Shown here in pieces: positions 37,508 to 50,481 of a stretch of DNA of 64,000 nucleotides (position 1 is its first letter; every line of letters starts with the position of its first letter). The position numbers and the translations under genes were made by a program. The stretch is from Felis catus (taxonomy: Eukaryota). The notes under the pieces are model-generated. The model was not told the origin of the DNA. It searched no databases and saw nothing but the letters and a program-made list of their open reading frames with translations. The stretch is taken from assembly GCF_018350175.1 (NCBI RefSeq), contig NC_058369.1:24678001-24742000 (forward strand), given 5' to 3'.

Positions 37508-38832
37508 GCTACCAACAATGACTGGCACTAGTTATTTGCAGAGTATACAGAGAACCAAAAATAAGGAAATCCAAATCACTCATGATCTCACTATCCCCAG
37601 GGACCCACTCTATATATCCTTCCAATATTTTCTTACAATGATGCACATACCATAGAGATATGTTCTTTTTACTGAAATGGCATCTGTGCCTACTGTTTGC
37701 AGTCTGCTTTTTGGCCTTACCATATCTTGAACATCTCTCCATGTCTACTCTATTTTTAACAGCTGCAGCGCATTCCACCATATGGATCTTATATTGTTGG
37801 GTACTTGAGAAGTTTCCACTTTTTATTAGAATAAACACTGCAGTGAACATCTTTATAGGTAGATCATGTTGCATTCCTATCATTTCTTTAAGATCAGTTT
37901 CTAAGATGTGGAATTTCTCACTTAATCTCTCCTAAAATGTTAACTCAAGAAACCCTGGGCCTTTCAGTTGTCACGTCACCACAGTCACTGTCATTTTAGA
38001 GTTGAGAGACAGCCCAGGAAAGCAGAGAAGGGGGTTGCTCGTCTGATCCACAGGATTCTTTTAGCACCCAGAGAATGAGTGATCTACCATTAAGTCTTCC
38101 ACTCCATGATTTGCTTTATAATCAGTTGGAAGAAACATGACAAAAATGTATGTTTTAGGGGCCAGGAAGCAAAGGATTTCACATTCATGGGACTTCACAC
38201 CCAGACCAGTCATAAAACCCTCCCCCAACAGTTTTGAGTGATAATTACAAATGTCTCAGAACTATCTTCTATCTACCACTGAGAAGTGAAACTGAAAAGT
38301 GCAGAGTGAGTGGGTTACTTTCTCATCATGCTTTTGTAAATTGGTTTCTAAGTCTAAAAAGAAAATGAGATATATGCAATATGCCCATGGAAGGTATTGC
38401 ATGCTGAGGATGTGATGTGAGCAACAGAGTGGGGTTGAAGGCATACCAGGCAGGGATCATCTAAGTCCCTGGCTTTGGCACTGTGGTTCCATGAACAGGT
38501 TTGCTCATGTGTCACTGCAAACCACACCAACTATACTTATTTCCCACAACAATGAAAGTAATACTTGATGTAAGAGGTTTTCTGGAAGGTTAAGACTCTA
38601 CATCCCAATCAAGCTTATTTTCAAGCATTGAAAATCACCATAGAATAACGTTGTAAAATTACGAAGTCTCTTCCTAATAATTCCTATTTGAACTTTTTGA
38701 TCGTTTCTTAAAGTAATTTTTGTAATAGGACTTTTACCTTCACATAATCAAATGAGCCTTCCATTTAAAACTATCTACCACAGCCAAAATAATGAAAACT
38801 GGACTGTAAGCTCTATGCGGTCAGAGCCATTT

Positions 38833-38836
38833 CTTT

Positions 38837-38876
<40 letters not shown>

Positions 38877-38880
38877 TTTC
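38833..38880. repeat. (TTTC)n microsatellite
   Basis: Seen directly in the sequence. Confidence 0.9.
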
Positions 38881-38993
38881 ACTACCTGTGGCATAATTGG
38901 TGCTTGATAAATACTGTGGAGAGAAAAAAATAATGGTTGGATGGCTAACATTTGTTGCACACTTGCCATGTGCCAGAAACAGTGCTAAGAGTG

Positions 38994-38998
<5 letters not shown>

Positions 38999-39038
<40 letters not shown>
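38999..39038. repeat. (TA)n microsatellite within a minus-strand MIR
   Basis: About 20 TA units. Confidence 0.9.
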
Positions 39039-39041
<3 letters not shown>

Positions 39042-40300
39042 ATAGCAATTCCATAAAGAAGGTGCTATTATTCCCCCATTTTGCAGATCAAGAAACTGAA
39101 GCTTAAAGAAGTTTTACATTTTTTCCACTCAAAATGCTATTACGCAGAAGAGTTGGGATTACAATCACGTCTGAATTTTAAACCTGTGCTCTTAACTATG
39201 ACACTAAGGAGAAGAAATTCAAACTACTAGCAACATCCAGCACCTTAACAGAAGATGATCCCAAAGACAAACCATGGAACTGAATCTTTTGAGTGCCATG
39301 ATTTTCATCTGTATTTCAAAGAGCACTATGAAATGAGTAATCCTCATTGATCATTTGGGCAATCCATCATCTCAGCTGTTGCAACACAACAGCAACCAAC
39401 TGGTGGTATATATTTATTTTTGAAAGTAATCAAGATGATAAGCCTAGTGTTTCTGAAATTCATTTGGAAGGAATGAAAGGTCAAGGAAGCAAGTTATGCA
39501 GACAAGGCTGTAAGTATATTAGCGATGTAGTTACTGGTATGTGTGTATAGCAGCAGTTTTCTCCACACAGTTAGTCATATCTATTGGGCATCTACAAAGG
39601 ATCTGTCATTGACAAGACAGAGGAGAAGTTTAACCCATAATCCCCTTCTTTGAAGAAGTTCATTCTGTTTGGACAGTTAAGACAAACACAGAAAACAATT
39701 CAAAAGTCAAAAAACAGCATACATACTCAAGACGCCATGTGAGGTCCAAAAAATGTAATTTAATCCTCTCAATCACCTGTAAGGGAGGGATTGTTGTCCC
39801 CAATATGCTAATGAGGAGACAGGACATAGAGAGGCTAAACTAGTCACCCAAGTCACACAGCTTGTATGTAGGAATGTGAGAGCTGTCCCCACATTCACCT
39901 GATTCTGAAGGTCATCCACTGAACCACCAGATTTCACTGCCTCCATAGAAAGACACCGCTAGTGGTCAAAATCATCAGGAAACATTAAGAAAGAAACGGG
40001 ACTTGAGCCTGACCTTTAAGGACAAACAGGAGTTGGACAGTCAGACAGAAACAGACAAGATACCATAAGATGCCAAAAAGTATGCACAAAAGCCCAGAAG
40101 TGAGACTTAGCCTAACATGGAGGGCAGGGGAACAGGGAGGTAGGTCTACCTGACTGATGGGAAGAAGTGAGAAATGGGAAGTAAGGGCAGATTACGAGAA
40201 GTCTTGAATTCAGGTGGGGGCAGGAGAGGGTGAGGGAAGAGTTTATGTTGTGGTAGGCAGATGAGAAGCCATTTGAGCATGGAAACAATATCAAAAGTCC

Positions 40301-40538
40301 TTGGTTCTTAACAAGGATGACTTTGCCCTCCAAGGGAGATGTGGCAATGTCCAGAGATATTTTTGGTTGTCACAAGTGGGGAAGGTGCTACTGGCATCTA
40401 GTAGGTAGAGGACAGGGATGCTGCTAAACATAATACAATGCAAAAAACCTAACCCCTAACCTAATACTAACCATCCCCCTCCCAGACAAAGGATTATCCA
40501 CCCAAAATGTCTGTTGTGCCAAAGTTGAGAAACCCCGG
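40301..40538 (+). mobile_element. MER20 DNA transposon fossil
   Basis: 'ggttcttaac...tttgccctccaaggg...ggcaatgtccagagatatttttggttgtcacaa...tgctactggcatctagt...gttgagaaaccc'. Confidence 0.85.
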
Positions 40539-41148
40539 TTTAGGCAGATAGTGTGGCAATAGCTGTCAAGATGCAACAGAGGGAAGAAGATGGAAGCAAA
40601 GAGCCCAGGGAAGCCACTCATTCAGGGAGACAGAAGTGAGACCATTTTTAGCAGGGTGGAGGCAGGATGAACAGGAAATGGCAAACCCTCTAAGTAGTAG
40701 GCAAATCCTCCAAGAAAAGAAGGATGCAATTTGTAATTCCTCTTACAGGTAGTTTTCCACAAAATGTGGGAAAACTAGGTTTAAGACTTTTTTCTTTTGA
40801 ATCATCTAAGGGCATCTTATTTTATGATAAAAAAAAACTTGTAAATGACATACAACTGCAAGAAAATTGCCACCATGAGGGTATAGGGCACAGAGCTTTA
40901 ACAGTAGCAGTAACATTTTCATTCTTTTTTTAAAGCAAACGCTGAAGCAAATTTGACAAAATGTTAACATCTGTTAAATTTGGATGGTGGATACATGAGT
41001 ATCTGTTATATTATTTTCTGTACCTTATGTATACTTGAAAAATTTCAAGATTAACAAAAAACAGGATAGAGGAAGCAAGAAAAAAGTCTTGGCCTGGTAG
41101 CTGATAATTGTCATTAGAATTTGCTTTGGTATTTATCAATATCATTTT

Positions 41149-41352
41149 AAGTTTATTTATTTTGAGAGAGAGAGAGCACGAGCACAAATAGGGGAGGGGC
41201 AGAGAGAGAGAAGGAAAGAGAGAGAATTCCAAGCAGACGCCACACTATCAGCACAGAGCCCAATGCAGGGCTCAAACTCACAAACCGTGAGATCATGACC
41301 TGAGCTAAAATCAAGAGTAGGTTGCTTAACCGACTGAATCACCCAAGCACCC
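41149..41352 (-). mobile_element. CanSINE (first of a tandem pair)
   Basis: Reverse SINE flanked by aat(a/g)tcatttt. Confidence 0.95.
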
Positions 41353-41364
41353 GAATGTCATTTT

Positions 41365-41563
41365 GTTTAATGTTTATTATTATTATTATTTTTTTAGAGA
41401 CAGAGTGTGAGAGAGGGAGGAATGGAGAGAGAGGGAGACAGAAGATCAGAAGCAGGCTCAGGGCTCACCTCAGAGTCCCACCCAGGACTCAAACCTACTA
41501 ACCACGAGATCATGACCTGAGCCAAAGTTGGAAACTCAGTGGATTGAGCAAGCCAGATGCCCT
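41365..41563 (-). mobile_element. CanSINE (second of the pair, divergent)
   Basis: Reverse SINE flanked by aatgtcatttt. Confidence 0.9.
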
Positions 41564-42157
41564 CCCAATGTCATTTTTTAATTACAGAAGTTATATGTGA
41601 ATATGTGCATGTCGTCAAAAAACTGTCCAACAATAAATAAAATAAAATAAAATAAAATAAAAACCAGACATTTCTTTTTCCTTCTTCAATGCTTTTCTTT
41701 TCTCCTTAGCTAACCACTGCTAAATGTTACTGTGTATGTATATATCTAGACCTTTTTCTATGCATTTATAGAAAGAAAGGGAGAGAGGTTGAGAGGCAGG
41801 GATGAAGAGGGATATGTGGCTTCTAGATATATAGATTTGTCGATCTTTCCTATCCATCTGTCTTATGTGGGACCACATCGCTCTTATAACATGCTTTTCT
41901 TATTAACACATCCAATAGGGCTGCCTTTCCATGTCAATTCATAAAGATCTGTCTCTTTCTTTTTATCTCATCATAATATTTCATAGTATGGATATATCAT
42001 AATTTGTTTACTAAGATTGCTATGTATTTAGGTCGACTTCAGTGTTTTGCTATGTCAAACAACGCTGGAACATATAACTTCATGCTCATTTGTAAGGATT
42101 TCTACAGAGAAGACTCCTAAAAATGGAACTTCTGGATCAAACAGTAAGCATATTTCT

Positions 42158-42199
42158 TCTTTTTTTTTAATGTTTATTTATTTTTGACAGAGACAGAGT

Positions 42200-42245
<46 letters not shown>

Positions 42246-42406
42246 ACATGAGCCAGGGAGGGGCAGAGAGAGAGGGAGACACAGAATGGGAAGCAGTCTC
42301 CAGGCTGTCAGCACAGAGCCCGACCCAGGGCTCAAACTCACAGACCGGGAGATCATGACCTGAGCCAAAGTCCAACACTCAAACGACTGAGCCACCCAGG
42401 CGCCCC
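42158..42406 (-). mobile_element. CanSINE with long (GA)n, inside an ancient L1 fragment
   Basis: TSD gtaagca(t/c)atttct. Confidence 0.95.
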
Positions 42407-44182
42407 GTAAGCACATTTCTAATTGTGATATAGAGTGAGACCACTCCCCCCCAAACAGTGTATGAGCAATCCACTTCCCCAAACCCTCACTGATGCCATA
42501 TGCAATCAACCTTTAAAAGTTTTGCCATATTTATCAAAACTGCATGTAGGAATCTACTCCACAGACATGTTCATACATAGGTGAGGTGATGAATGTCCAT
42601 TGCAATGTTGATGGGAAAATGCTGAAAAATATTTCCACCAGTAGGAAACCTTTAAATAGACTGTGGTTTATCTGCACAATGAAATTCCATACACCTTTTT
42701 AAAAAAATAATGACTCTCTCTAGGGACTCATAGAAGAAGCTCTTGAAAGGTAGAGGAACAGAGCAATGTGCAGAGCAGCTCAGACAGTGGCTGAACATCT
42801 GTACATAAAGTGGTGGCAGTAGACACACATATTTTCCCATATGCACACCAAGTATCCCTGGAGAATTACACAGGATGCTGATGACATTGGTTGCACTGGG
42901 GGAAAAAAACACTAGATGTCTGTAAGGAAGAGCAGGAAAGGGAACTTTCACTGTATATTTTTACACCCTTTTTCATTTTTTATCTTTGAACTCTGTACTA
43001 CCCACCAAAATAATTTATTCAGTTTAAATTAAAATATTAAAAATTTGCCAAATGATCAATGAAAAGTACGCTTGTTGCTGCCTTACAGTGCAGTTTCCTA
43101 ACTGCTAGTGAAATCGAGCTTATCTATGTCTTTAGTCACCATCCATACCAACTTTCCTGTGAACTTCCTGCTTGTAACCCTGTCACATTTTGCTGTTGAC
43201 TTGCTTTCCCGCCAATTGGTTTGTAGTTCTTCGTATATCGAGGACTTTTTTTTTTTACAGTTTTATTGAGGTATATTTTACATACTATAAAATTCACCAG
43301 TTGTGAGTATCTAATTCAATGATTTTAAGCAAATTTATAAAGTTGTACAATGATTATCATGTATCAAGGATATTAATCCATTGTTACAGAGCTCTTTGAT
43401 GCTTCTTGATTACATAATCCTTTGCAAATGCAAGTAGAAGACATGTTTTCTCCCAATCTGATGTTTATCTTTTAGTTTAGACTCTGATATGGATATTTTA
43501 AAATGTATCTAGTTAAATCTGAAGATAGAAAGAGAAAAAGAGACAAAACAAGGAGAAAATACCAGTCATGCTGGATCTCAAGAAGAAAAAAAAGGCTTCA
43601 TTATCCAAGCAGACCATACATGCAAAGGTATATGTGACTTATCCAGTTCATGAATATTTAAAGTATACATATATATATATATATATATAATATTTAAAGT
43701 ATACATATATATTTTTTTTCCTAAAATAATACCTGAAGCTATCTGTGAAAAAGGAGCTTTTCAATCAGAAGGACAGCACCCCCTCTCCACCACCACCTCC
43801 AATGCAAGATCCACCTGGGAAGGATGGATGTTTTCTGCTCAATGACAGCTCTGAGTCTCCTGCCAACTGCATCAACCTCAGAATTTTAAAATGACTGAGG
43901 CTAACATTACTGACCTTTTTAGTATAAAGTCCATAGTGAGCACTTCACAATTAGTGTCTCACTTAATTCTCACAGCATCAGCGACACGATACTGGTGTTG
44001 TTGTGGATTTACAGATGGTGAACCCAAGACCCAAAAAGTGGAGTAGCTTCCCCAAGGTCACACAGCTGGGAGGTTGTGAGGATTTGCACCCAGGTCTGTT
44101 AGCCTTTAGAGTTGAACTTTGAAGGTTACTGTATCCCAAGACAGAAATGCTATTAAATAGCTCTGTGAAAAGGTAAATCTCT

Positions 44183-44507
44183 CACTCATATGTGGATCTT
44201 GAGAAACTTAACAGAAGACCATGGGGGAAGGGAAGGGAGAAAAATAGTTACAGAGAGGGAGGGAGGCAAACCATGAGACTTTTAAATACAGAGAATAAAC
44301 TGAGGGTGGTTGGAGGGGGTTGAGGGAGAGGGGAAAATGGGTGATGGGCATCGAGGAGGGCACTTGTTGGGATGAGTACTGGGTGTTTTATATAAGTGAT
44401 GAATCACGGGAATCTACCCCCCAAAACCAAGAGCACACTTTACACACTGTATGTTAGCCAATTTGACAATAAATTATATTTTTAAAAAAAGAAAGAAAAA
44501 AAGAAAA
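44183..44507 (+). mobile_element. 5'-truncated felid LINE-1 3' UTR
   Basis: 'cactcatatgtggatcttgagaaacttaacagaagaccatggggg...caatttgacaataaa' + A tail; degenerate TSD gaaaa..taaat.tct. Confidence 0.9.
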
Positions 44508-44581
44508 GAAAACTTAAATTTCTTATGTCTAGATAATTTCTTTTCTTAGATGTACATGCACATCATTTGTCAGCAATCAGT

Positions 44582-44582
<1 letters not shown>

Positions 44583-44614
<32 letters not shown>
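44583..44614. repeat. (GT)n microsatellite
   Basis: About 16 GT units. Confidence 0.9.
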
Positions 44615-44615
<1 letters not shown>

Positions 44616-45542
44616 TTCTTTTTTACTTTCTCCATAATAAATATTTTTAGATTGTCTAAATAACTCAAAATGTGACTGTCCTATTCTGCCTTTTAGATCT
44701 TCCTCTATCCAAATGGATTTTTTTAAGCAGCTTTTGCTTTTGGGCCCAGCTGGAATTTTTTTTATATTTTAAAATCATGGGCAAATGACAAGTTTCGCCT
44801 GCTGCCCGCCTTTCTCTCCCTGTAGAGTCAGAGCAGGTATTTAGACTGCTTTCCTACGGGTGAGCAAATACAGATAAAATTTCTTTGTTGACATACCATT
44901 TTGGTAATGATAATTTCCTACCTGAATTTTTATCTTTGAAATTCTAAAGGGAACTAGAAAACAGTTCCATTTAATAAACAATGTTTGCATAGTCCTCCTG
45001 GCTAAGACTCCACTGGAGGTAAGTCTAAGCCTAAATTGGATTTTTAAAAGTAACTTCCACTTAAAAAGATCTCTTTCTAAGAGCACCCAAAATTATAAGA
45101 GTCACATGAAAGGGTGACCATCTCTCCCTGCAAGACACCATCTCTCCCTGAAACCAGAGTTTGCCTATTTTCTAAGTTATGCATCCATTCTGGATAATTT
45201 CTTGTGATCTGTATACTCTATTACCATGGCAGTTAAAGAGGTGGTAAAGGTGATTTGAGCTGGGCAGTGCAAGCAGCAATAGGCAACTTATATCTAGTCT
45301 AGAGGATAAAAACGAGTAGATTCAGATTCACTGGTAATTTATCTTAAATCCAGATTGCCTTCTTACATAGGGGTTGCCAGATAAAATGCATGCCAGCTAC
45401 TGCATGGCAGTTATGTTGCTTTATTTAAGTATTCATACAGCAATCAATAGCTGACACACTCATTGATCTTTTAGAACAGAAGCTTTCCCAAAAGCATGCT
45501 TGAAACATAAACACTACCAAACTAGTTGAAAGGATGATTTTC

Positions 45543-45778
45543 TTTTTTTTTTTTTTTTTTTAATTTTTTTTTCAACATTTTTTATTTATTTTTGGGACAG
45601 AGAGAGACAGAGCATGAACGGGGGAGGGTCAGAGAGAGAGGGAGACACAGAACCGGAAACAGGCTCCAGGCTCCGAGCCATCAGCCCAGAGCCCGACGCG
45701 GGGCTCGAACTCACGGACCGCGAGATCGTGACCTGGCTGAAGTCGGACGCTTAACCGACTGCGCCACCCAGGCGCCCC
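45543..45778 (-). mobile_element. Very young felid CanSINE
   Basis: CpGs intact, long T tail, perfect 15-bp TSD gaaaggatgattttc (45528-45542, 45779-45793). Confidence 0.97.
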
Positions 45779-47243
45779 GAAAGGATGATTTTCCAAAACC
45801 TCAGCAATTTACATTTCTGTGGCAAAAATGACTATTGTTTGAGTTGCCAAGCCCTTTTTATATCTATCTGTTATCAACTATAGGGCAGGTATTGTTATCC
45901 GTATCTTAGAGATGAGAACACATCTCCTCACGTAGAGAGGCTGCATCGCCCAAAGGCACACAGCTGATCACTAGCTGCTGAACTGTAGCTATTTGGCACC
46001 ATTCCTGGGCTATTTTTATCCCCACCAGGCTTATTAACCCTTTTCCCAGGTTCAGCAGATTCATCAGTGACCTCTTAGACTTCACAAACTTTGTGTTCAT
46101 TTAGGTCTTCATCTTTCTAGCAAGGAACCAGACTCCTTCAATAATTTCATTTCAGGCCATTTGCCATCAAGCTAAAAAATAACTCTCCTTCAAGATGGAA
46201 CTGTGCTGATGTGTCTACTAATCGCTGCCGCCCTGGTTTGCAGATCTTGGCTGCATTCGATGTATAGTTGCGGAAGAGGTACTTCAGAACTTGCATTAAA
46301 GTTTTTTAGAACAGAAATGGAAATTATGCGGGACATGTGCTGTCCCCCGCCTCTACCAGCCAAGGAAGAAATTAATAATCTATCATGTGTAGTAGCCTTC
46401 CCTAGAGGGTCCAGGGTTGGCCTCAGAATCCTTCTCATTCTGGCACTTCAGGCAAATCAATCAATTAAAATCAGCAAGTAAGATGAAATCCACTTGCCAT
46501 CTATTTGCCATCACCAATATAAGAAAACCTCCTGTGAGCTTACAAGATGCAGAAATCTTTCTTAATTAGTAAAATGTCTGAGACACCAAAAATTATCCCA
46601 AAATGATAACTTCCAAGTATATGTATCTGGAATTCAAATTGTCTTATGTAAATCAAAATGTAACCTATAATCAACAAGAATTTGTAATTAAACCAGAGCA
46701 CTGGCCAAAAAGGCATTGATGGCAACTTTAAATGTAATCATAGAAGCATCTGGTACTACTTCCCAAAAAAACTGAGGTCTCTGGGCACCCAAATTCCTTG
46801 TCTGCTTTTATTGGGACAATAAGGGTTGGGTCCTTAGTATATCAAATGTAATTTCCAATCAACTAATCAAAGGAGCTGTAAAAATCATCTGACTGGAATC
46901 CAAGGAAATTTAATTTTCTCTTCTCTTGCTCAAAGAACCTTTTTTTTTATATTAACTCATTTATATAACAATTACTTATTGAGTGTCACCTTTGCAGCCA
47001 GTGCTTGGTGCTGGGAATGCCAATAAGACCATGGCAGCAGGGATCTCTATCCTCCCATAGTTGTGCTCCCTGAGGCAGCAGCCCCACCTGTGGGCAGTTC
47101 AGTTGGGTGGGTGAAGGGAGGAGGCCCACAAGCCTCTAATCTTGCTTGTTACAGATGCTGCTCTGAATAGCCCCCAAAGCCTCCTGATACCTCTTTTGGA
47201 ACCACATGGAGCATTTAACAACCAACCTGATATACCTCAAAAG

Positions 47244-47245
<2 letters not shown>

Positions 47246-47275
<30 letters not shown>
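47246..47275. repeat. (CA)n microsatellite
   Basis: Seen directly in the sequence. Confidence 0.9.
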
Positions 47276-47277
<2 letters not shown>

Positions 47278-48399
47278 ATGCACGCACAATCCTTAAGCAC
47301 AAGCATGGTCTTTCAAGTTTTGGGAAAAGCTGCTTTGTTTCATGGAGAGCTCCAATATAATTCCTTGAAAGAATTATTCACTATAAATTGAGGGTTACAG
47401 ATCCATATCCAAATTTTGGGAGAACCTGTCCTCTCCCACTGTCTCCATTTTATTTTAAAGAAAAAGAAATGAAATTGGGAGAAGTGGGCATATATATTAA
47501 AGGTAGGAAGAAGTTAGAGAAATAAATACTCTGTATTCATTCCCAAATATAAAATGTGAATTCTCCTTTTGAACTCTCCAATGTGCTTTGGCATAGTTTT
47601 ATAACTTGGGTATTTGAAATAGTTGAATATTCAAGCTATAAATTTTCTTCTAAATTAACATAACACTAGAATGTGATCCTTACTAGAGTGCAAACTCCAC
47701 ACAGGTAGGGATTGTTCCCTTCCCCAGCACCCAGTACAGCACCTGACACAGAGCAGGTACTTGACAAATAATTAAGGAATGAATAAATGAGTAAGCAGAC
47801 AGCTGATTAAGAGACTAGTGAATTATAATTACTGGATTCTATTTTCTATATTCATCGTTTCCATTTTGCCTTTATATCTTTTTTTTAAGTTTTAATTTAA
47901 ATTCCAGTTAGTTAACATGCGGGGTGATATTAGTTTTAGGTGTACAATATATCTGATTTTAAACTGCATTGCACCAGTGCTAGCTACAACACACTGTGTG
48001 GGCATTACTGAGCTTAGAAAATTTTCTTCTTGACATGTTCTAGTGCTTTGATCTGGAAAACAAAACAAAACAAAACAAAGCACCTTATGTGCAGCTTTGG
48101 AGGATGCCATAACCTTGAAAATAAATTTTAACATATTGGTTTCACATTTCAGGTCTACAATAAATAAAAGACTGAGTTCAGAAGATGTAGTCTAATCTAG
48201 GAGAATATGATGGAACAGTATATTTTGACCAAACCCTGGACACTAGCCCTAAAGGCAAATGGATTCTGGTCACTTCTCTCCCAACACATTGACCCTCAGA
48301 GCAAAGAGCTGCTGAGGAGGGAATTATACCAAACTCTCCTGGGAAGAAAGGGCCCATAAGGATATGCGGTATTGTTGCTTGATGACCAATCATGCTCTG

Positions 48400-48765
48400 T
48401 CAGGTAAAAGCACCTTGATTTTCCTTTGAATATGCAGAACCCATTGAGAGCAATCTTGGTAGACTGTCAATCACAGCCCCACCAAGGCCAGATATGGTCA
48501 CATGACTCAAGCAAGACCAATCAGAGGATCTCTTTACATGAACTGAAAAACACAAAGACAGAAAAAATTTGAAGTGTAATAGCTCCAGCAGCACCCCCTC
48601 ACCTTCACTAGTTCCTGATCCTTAGATTCCAGTACCTGTCTAGATTCCTATTTTTCAAGCTATCTGATATCTTTCCATGAAATCTTGGTTTGTTTTTGTT
48701 TTGTGTTTTCCTTAGATTGGGCAGAATCAGTTGTTTTGTTGCTTATAACCAGAAAAATTCTGCTC
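48400..48765 (+). mobile_element. Old MaLR LTR fragment
   Basis: 'gactgtcaatcacagccc...ggtcacatgactcaagcaagaccaatcaga...ttgttgcttataaccaga'. Confidence 0.55.
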
Positions 48766-49059
48766 AGGCTGGAATTAAGCTCCTTACCCCTTTGAGTTCA
48801 AAATTATTGAAATTTATCTGGTAGCTTGGGGTTAAAATAAGGGATGGTTAGACCTAGGGGCCCAATGGCCCAAAAAGAATTAGAATGGGGAAGTATGTAA
48901 CTTATAGAGAAGAAACTTTCTTGTATGATAAGGGTGGACAGTTCAGAGCTAACATGGCCATACTCTGAACCAAATGGTAAAAGATGGTGAACCCAGATAT
49001 TAAGGTTCTTCTCATTGCAGACTTCTTACACCATGCAAATGCTAAGACTTCCACTTTTC

Positions 49060-49285
49060 TTTTATTAAAAAAAAATTTTTTTTATGTTTGCTTTTGAGAG
49101 AGAGAGAGAGAGAGAGAGCATGAGTGGGGGAGGAGCAGAGAGTGAGGGAGACACAGAATCCAAAGCAGGCTCCAGGCTCTGAGCTGTCAGCACAGAGCCT
49201 GATGCAGGGCTCAAACCCACGAACTGTGAGTTCATGACCTGAGCTGAAGTCAGACGCTTAACTGACTGAGCCACCCAGGTGACCC
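49060..49285 (-). mobile_element. CanSINE
   Basis: TSD taagac(t/c)tccactttt. Confidence 0.95.
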
Positions 49286-50481
49286 TAAGACCTCCACTTT
49301 TAAGGGCTAGCTCTATGAGATGAAAGAGACACCAGAAACTATGTCCACTCACTGGGTCCTGTATATGTGTCCTTTGCACTGAGTACATGCTGGCTCAGTG
49401 GCACAACAAAGGGGACAATCTTAAACCAAGTCTAAGTCATCCTTTTCTCCAAGATCCAAGTTAGGTCTACTTTTTACAGCCTGGTCCAGATTAAGGATGG
49501 CCCTGATCAAGGCAACAGAAATGGGAAGATGGGACAATGAGGCCCTAAGGATGAAATATGAAAATGTGTGCTGACCTCTGGACCAGGCATCAGGTGGAAG
49601 GAAACCTTCAATGTAGGTACAAGAGGCAGCCCAAACCAGAAGGTGGCCCATGCATCCATCTTTCCTAGCGGTTGACTGGTAATAGAAGAGAATTCAGAAA
49701 GCTATAACCTTAGGACCCATCAGTCCAGCAAAGAGCAGTACTCCCTAAATGTAACTCAGAGAAAAGTCATGTCCTCCCTCAAGGAGCTTTTGAGGCCTGT
49801 GTTGGGGTGTGCAGAGCACAACAGGGTCAGCAGGTCAGCAGGTCAGCCCAAGCCATCCCTCTTCCAACTGCAGATAGACATACAGATAGTCTTGGCTTTG
49901 GCTGCACAAGTAAGACATGTTCATAAAGAACAGATATATGTGACCACTCAGACATATCTTTTCCAACTGCAAATATTTCATTGGGAGATGATGGCAGGTT
50001 TCTGGTTCTGAAAGGAGCGGCACATTCTGGATCAAGCAGCATCCTGTGAAGTGGCTTGGGAGTCCTCAAGCCTCTGACAGACACCCAAATTCCACACATG
50101 AGGTGAGAGTCCTTAGAACCAACCCTAGAGATCTTGGAGCTAGTGGAAGAAATCCTGCACAGGAAAGAGAATAACAGAAGATGTGAGGGGAAGACAACCA
50201 ATTTGTTTGGTGAACTGCTGAATTTGCAGGGTTTACAGGATATAGAAGCAGGGATACCCACTTGGAATTGCTTAACAGGTTGGAATTCCTGAGAAATGTC
50301 AGAGCTGAAAGCATGGATCCAATGAGGAATAGAAGCCATGGAAATGGATGAGGTGCCGGGCAAAGAGTGCATCAGAACAAAGCAAAAATTAAGGAAAGCT
50401 GGGAATTCCAAAATTCCAAAAAGCTGGGTGATCAGAAGAAAAGAGTCCCATGAAGGAGACAGAAAAACAATGGTCCAGGAT

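Noticed and set aside
45117..45150. 14-bp direct repeat accatctctccctg
   Set aside because: Isolated micro-duplication with no functional signal
49827..50411. 194-aa minus-strand ORF
   Set aside because: No recognisable homology; non-ATG start; much of it overlaps decayed L2-like sequence
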